Of a stretch of DNA of 64,000 nucleotides, positions 59,323 through 64,000 are shown piece after piece. The DNA comes from an uncultured Trueperaceae bacterium (lineage in GTDB: Bacteria; Deinococcota; Deinococci; Deinococcales; Trueperaceae). The notes under the pieces are model-generated. The model worked only from the letters and a program-made list of their open reading frames with translations, had not been told where the DNA came from and ran no database searches. The DNA is taken from positions 64,001-128,000 of the forward strand of contig CAWCXJ010000013.1 of the NCBI GenBank assembly GCA_963799485.1, written 5' to 3'. How positions within the stretch are numbered: the first letter of the stretch is position 1; every line of letters begins with the position of its first letter. The position numbers were made by a program, and so were the translations under genes.

Positions 59323-60888
59323 TCAAGCCAGCCAAGCCACCTTGTGCGCGCGGATGTCCTCTACCGGCGGTAAGGTGCCGAGCCTGAAGCGCTCCTCGAT
59401 AACGCAGAGTTCGGCGTCCCGCTGCGCGCCGAGAACGGCCCGGAGTTTGCCCTTGTTCAAATAGTAGGCCAAAAATTCATGCGCTCCCAAGTCGCCGTCG
59501 ATAACGACCTCATCCCAGCTTTCGGCGTGCCCGACGTAGCGCAACCCGACGCCGTGCTGTTTCGTCCAGAAGAGCGGCACCCCCGTAAAAGCATCTTCCT
59601 GACCCGCCATACTGTGCGCCGCCGCTCGCCCGTGCTGCATCGCCAGCCGCCAGTGCTCGACGCGGACAGCTTCCCCCGTAAAAGGGTCGGGATAGCGGGC
59701 CAGGTCGCCCGCTGCGTAGACGGGGCCGTAATTACCCGTTAAACGCAAAAAACGGTCGACTGAAACGCTGCCGTCGTTGTTCAGCGCCACACCCACAATT
59801 TCCGGCACCTTCGGCCCGACGCCCACGCCGATAACCACGAGGTCGGCGGGCAAGTCGCGACCGTCTTCCAGCACAGCGTGCGTCACCCGGTCTTCGCCCG
59901 AAAGCTGTGCAACTTTTGTCCCGGAAACAAACGCGACGCCGTTCGCTTCATGAAGTTTTCTGAACATCTCGCCGACCTCACGCCCGAAAAGCCCCTCAAA
60001 CGGTACCTCGTCGGGCGTAACGACGGTGACCTCCAAACCCCTTTCACGGAGGCTCGCGGCACACTCCATCCCGATAAAACTCGCGCCGATGATGAGCGCC
60101 CGCGCGTCCTCCTGTGCTGCTGCCACGAGGTCTTGACTGTCTTGCAGCGTTCGCAGGTAAAACACACCGCCCAACTCGGCCCCGGGAACCGTCAGCGGTT
60201 TCGGTACACTCCCAGTTGCCAAGAGTAGCGCGTCGTAGTGCAGCGTGTCGCCGTCTTCAAACGTCAGCTGCTGCGCTGCCGGGTCGATCTGCGTGACGGT
60301 TTGGGTAAGCAACGCTACGCCGAGCGCGTCGTAAAACGACTCGCCCCGTAGCGGAATCCAGCCCATCGTCTTTTCACTGCTCAGATAGTCTTTACTCAGC
60401 AAGGTGCGGTCGTAGGGTAAACCCTCCCGACCGACAAGCACCACACGCCCGCGAAACCCGTCGCGGCGGAGCGTTTCGGCGGCAGCCGCGCCCGCCGCGC
60501 CCGCACCCACAATGACAAAGACGCGGGCATCGGTTTCGTCGAGGTTGACAGGCGCAGGGGACGCGGTTTCGGGGACATCATCAGGTAATTCGACCCAGAT
60601 TTCGTCGCCGCCGAGGGTTACCTCAAACTGCGGCAGGTCGTCCAAAGCAGGGGGCTCGAGCAGTTCCCCCGTCCGGGCCGAGAAACACGCGTGGTGCCAG
60701 GGGCAAACAATCCGCGCACCGCTCAGGACGCCCTCGGACAGCGGCGCGCCGTAGTGAGTGCAGCGTGCATAAAGGGCGCTGACGCGGCCCTCGGTGCGGG
60801 TCAGCAGCACCTCGGTGCCACCAACTTCTACCGCCTTCATGTCGCCGTCTTTGAGGTCGTTTTGCCGGGCTAAAAAGTGCTTGGTCAT
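59323..60888 (-). CDS. Rieske domain + FAD-dependent oxidoreductase (AIFM3-like)
   Basis: CTHYG / CPWHH Rieske motifs, GAGAAG, YDRTLLSK, GASFIG, EHW. Confidence 0.92.
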   Translation of the reverse strand: MTKHFLARQNDLKDGDMKAVEVGGTEVLLTRTEGRVSALYARCTHYGAPLSEGVLSGARIVCPWHHACFSARTGELLEPPALDDLPQFEVTLGGDEIWVELPDDVPETASPAPVNLDETDARVFVIVGAGAAGAAAAETLRRDGFRGRVVLVGREGLPYDRTLLSKDYLSSEKTMGWIPLRGESFYDALGVALLTQTVTQIDPAAQQLTFEDGDTLHYDALLLATGSVPKPLTVPGAELGGVFYLRTLQDSQDLVAAAQEDARALIIGASFIGMECAASLRERGLEVTVVTPDEVPFEGLFGREVGEMFRKLHEANGVAFVSGTKVAQLSGEDRVTHAVLEDGRDLPADLVVIGVGVGPKVPEIVGVALNNDGSVSVDRFLRLTGNYGPVYAAGDLARYPDPFTGEAVRVEHWRLAMQHGRAAAHSMAGQEDAFTGVPLFWTKQHGVGLRYVGHAESWDEVVIDGDLGAHEFLAYYLNKGKLRAVLGAQRDAELCVIEERFRLGTLPPVEDIRAHKVAWLA

Positions 60889-61206
60889 CAGCTCTCCTCG
60901 AGGTTGGATTGCCCCTGAGTCTAGCGAACAGCCCGCGTCAAAGCGTAGCGCCAAACCGCATTTGGGCTGCCCCGAGGTGCAGTGAGGTGCAGCTTGGCTT
61001 CGTTGCCACGGTTCAGATGAACTCGAGCAAACCAGAGCCGGTCAAGCTGAACACTTTCAAGCCGCAGGTAGCGGTCTCACTGCGGTCGGAGCGGGCCGGT
61101 TACACCCTCAACGCAAGAAAACCTGTTTGGCAAGCACCTTAGCGCGATACAGTAGTTTCTTGTAAGGCCGCTAACGCCTGTAATAACAGCTTCTGCTTTT
61201 TACGCC

Positions 61207-63543
61207 CTACCGCACTCCATCCGCTACCAACTCGGCAGAACCCGTAAGCATAAAGCGCACGACCTCCGCAGCGCTCAAGGGTTCGGCAAAGAGGTAACCC
61301 TGCCCGAACTCGCAACCGAGCGCCCGGAGCTGCTCGAGCTGCGCCGCCGTCTCGACCCCTTCGGCGGTGACTTTGAGGTTTAGTGAGCGCGCCAGAGCGA
61401 CGATGGTACGCACTAGCTCGGTACTCTCGGTACTCTCCGCCATCCGCTGCACGAACGAGCGGTCGATTTTAAGGACGTTTAGGGGAAAGTTTTGCAGATA
61501 TGAGAGTGACGAGTAACCGGTGCCGAAGTCGTCGATGTGAAGCTGCACACCCAGGGTATGAAGCTGCTCCAAGGTCTCTTTGACCGTCTCCGAGTAGGTA
61601 ATCAGGACACTTTCGGTCAGCTCGAGCTTCAAAGACTCGGGTCTGAACCCGGTTTGCCGCAAGGTCTGGGCCACCCGCGCCGCTAGGTCGGGCCGGGCGA
61701 AACCTTGGCCTGAGAGGTTGACGCTTAAAGTCAGCGGCGGGTCTGCGGGAAACGCGCCCTGCCACGCGAGCAGCTGCGTACACGCTTCACGTAAAACCCA
61801 AAGGTCGACGTCGGCGACCAGCCCCAGCTCTTCGGCTAGCGGCATAAATGCCTGCGGCGAAACGAGACCGTGAACCGGGTGCTGCCAGCGCACGAGCGCC
61901 TCAAATCCGATAGGCTGCCCTGTCTCGACGGAGGTGATGGGCTGATAATGCACCGCAAATTCACGCCGCTCAAGCGCGCCGCGCAGGTCGGTCTCGAGCG
62001 CCATGAGCGTCACGGCGTGTTCGCGCAGTTCGGCGGTAAAGATCTGATAGCCCGCTTTGCCGAGCGCCTTGGCGCGGTACATAGCGAGGTCGGCGTCGCG
62101 CAGGACGTCTTCGGGCCGGTCGTATCCTGCTGCTGACGGGACGATACCGATACTGACCGTGATCGGTATTTGTTTATCCGAAAGCGAAAAGGGACGTTTA
62201 AGGACGTTTTGAATACGTTCGGCAGTCCGGGCAGCGGCTTCGATGCTCGCATCCTCGAGCAAAATCGTAAACTCGTCGCCGCCAAGCCTTGCGACTGTAT
62301 CAGCAGGCCTCACGCACCCCTTGAGGCGTTCACCGAGGGCGATCAGGAGCGCGTCACCGGCGGCGTGACCGAGCGAATCGTTGATGACCTTGAAACGGTC
62401 GAAGTCGAGAAACAAGACCGCAAAGCCCCCCTCGAGGCGGCGGTTAAAGCGTTCTATGGCCTGCCCCAAACGGTCTTTGAACAACGCCCGGTTGGGTAGA
62501 CCCGTCAGCGCGTCGTGAAAGGCGTCGTGTTGCAGCTGTTCGTTGGCCTGTTCAAGCCACCCTTTGGCCTCTTCAAGTTCTTTGGTCCGCGCCTCGACCC
62601 GCAGCTCGAGGTCGTCGTGGGCGCGCCGCAGTTCGTGCTGCGCCTCGGTAAGAACCGTCACGTCTTGACCGTAACCGAGCATCATCTGAAACTCGCCCTG
62701 CGCGCCGTACACCGGGCTCAGGTTGCGCCAGTGATACTTGACTCCGGCAGGGGTGTGAAAAACCTCTTCCCACTGCACCTGCTCCCGCTCTGCAAGGGCC
62801 CGCTGGAAGTGTTCGCGTCTTTTGTCTGCTACAGACGGCTCGAGACCCCGGTAGGCGCAGTACTCAAAATCGTCTTTGCCGATCATCCACTCTCGGAGCG
62901 CAGGGTCTTTTATAGCGGTCGGGTTGAGAAAACGGTAGCGGTGGTCGGCGTCGAACACGACGATCTCGACGGGTACGCTGTTTAAGATATATTGATAATA
63001 CGCCGACTGTTCGGCTAACTCGGCCTCGATCTGTAGGCGGCTCGTGACGTCAGTGTTGGCAAAAATATAGCCGACGACCGCGCCGTTTTCATCCAGGTAC
63101 GGATAGAGCCTCGAGGTCGTGCGTTTGGCTGCGCCGTTCCGGGCGCGGTAGCGAAGCTCTATATCGCTAAACCCTTCGCCCTGTTCGACATAGGACAAGA
63201 GTGGTTCGACAAAGCTCGCCGAGGTGACCTCGAGCAGTTCGCTGTAATTTTGTCCGATCACCTCAGCGCCGTAACCGAAATCCTTTTCACACGCCCGGTT
63301 ACACGCCAGAATACGCCCCTCCAGATCTATTAAAAAGACTGCGTTCGGAGAGATTTCAACCGCCTGCTTGTACCAGTCGTCCGGCGGTGTGAGGTCCGCA
63401 CCTGGCTCGGCGTTCGGCTTAGGTTCGGACGTGTCCCGGCTCAGCTCAGCGACCAGGGTTTGCCACATGTCCGGGCTAGGGGGTGTTTCGGGATCAAGAC
63501 CGAGACGCTCGAGCAGAGATAAAAAAGAACGTGCAGCTGACAT
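61207..63543 (-). CDS. PAS-PAS-GGDEF-EAL c-di-GMP signalling protein
   Basis: Two PAS domains, HDALTGLPNR, RLGGDEF, FEALVRW, IDDFGTGYSS. Confidence 0.95.
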   Translation of the reverse strand: MSAARSFLSLLERLGLDPETPPSPDMWQTLVAELSRDTSEPKPNAEPGADLTPPDDWYKQAVEISPNAVFLIDLEGRILACNRACEKDFGYGAEVIGQNYSELLEVTSASFVEPLLSYVEQGEGFSDIELRYRARNGAAKRTTSRLYPYLDENGAVVGYIFANTDVTSRLQIEAELAEQSAYYQYILNSVPVEIVVFDADHRYRFLNPTAIKDPALREWMIGKDDFEYCAYRGLEPSVADKRREHFQRALAEREQVQWEEVFHTPAGVKYHWRNLSPVYGAQGEFQMMLGYGQDVTVLTEAQHELRRAHDDLELRVEARTKELEEAKGWLEQANEQLQHDAFHDALTGLPNRALFKDRLGQAIERFNRRLEGGFAVLFLDFDRFKVINDSLGHAAGDALLIALGERLKGCVRPADTVARLGGDEFTILLEDASIEAAARTAERIQNVLKRPFSLSDKQIPITVSIGIVPSAAGYDRPEDVLRDADLAMYRAKALGKAGYQIFTAELREHAVTLMALETDLRGALERREFAVHYQPITSVETGQPIGFEALVRWQHPVHGLVSPQAFMPLAEELGLVADVDLWVLREACTQLLAWQGAFPADPPLTLSVNLSGQGFARPDLAARVAQTLRQTGFRPESLKLELTESVLITYSETVKETLEQLHTLGVQLHIDDFGTGYSSLSYLQNFPLNVLKIDRSFVQRMAESTESTELVRTIVALARSLNLKVTAEGVETAAQLEQLRALGCEFGQGYLFAEPLSAAEVVRFMLTGSAELVADGVR

Positions 63544-64000
63544 GCCCAGCAGCTTAGCAGCGCAAATATCACAAAAGCCTTACAAACGTGCGTTCTTTGT
63601 AGTCTTCATGAGTTTCTTGACACCTACGTCGGCGTAGATAGTGAATTGCCCTTGCAGGTTACGCCAGTGTGCAACCGTCCGAGCGTGCTACCCAGTGCTG
63701 AGCGTTTGGTCTCACCGGGTTGGTACATTTTTCAAGTAGCTGCTTTCAAATATCTGCTTGTCTATATTGGTTTTACGCTCGTCGTTTTAGTGCAAGGTAA
63801 AAATGTTGTGCGCGTAGGAAAAACCCCTAAACGCTGCTCGAGTGGATGGTGCGCGCGGTATCAGGTAGTACACCGCTGAGCCAATATCTTCCAGATCAGC
63901 CCAGAACGGCGTTTGCTAACGAGCTGTAGCGGGTCAGAGCCCGGTAAAGCTTTTTACGGCGCTGCGTTGGCGGGTACAGCAGACCTAAAGCACATCTGCC

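Noticed and set aside
1..64000. rRNA, tRNA, tmRNA, CRISPR array, intact IS or prophage
   Set aside because: I saw no tRNA consensus, repeat-spacer periodicity, transposase or phage structural genes by eye.
63544..64000. c-di-GMP riboswitch or the 77-aa CDS at 63646
   Set aside because: No GEMM consensus is visible; the ORF has no RBS or motif, and the GGDEF-EAL gene looks leaderless.

Overview
Bacterial chromosomal DNA of roughly 60% GC. Gene content (MutS2, SLH and PEGA proteins, TIGR03492-like glycosyltransferase) and many leaderless starts suggest Deinococcota, possibly Truepera-like; this is inference. Most of the window is housekeeping: hemL (partial), truA, mutS2, holB, aceB, msrA, trpS, pyrE, folC/P/B/K, rarA, tatD, rlpA, trpBA, sufE, aroA-cmk-nadK and lysC. 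Accessory genes include an MFS transporter with a regulator, a sugar-catabolism pair, a PecS/PecM-like pair, an orphan Brp/Blh dioxygenase, NmrA/HxlR and a PAS-GGDEF-EAL protein. I found no rRNA, tRNA, CRISPR array or intact mobile element. The most notable signals lie outside the ORF track: (1) the palindrome CTCGAG occurs about 137 times by hand count, HIP1-like, and also sits beside a gene-truncation breakpoint; (2) a leaderless 9-codon uORF with alternative hairpins and a terminator precedes a class-V aminotransferase; (3) a Trp-Trp leader peptide with no terminator precedes trpBA; (4) a rod-like structured RNA candidate lies at 41.6 kb; (5) Uma2/toxin-antitoxin and tyrosine-integrase remnants are present; (6) 10-18 bp tandem micro-duplications recur at gene edges. 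Apparent +1 frameshifts in aceB and trpS are most simply read as assembly indels.
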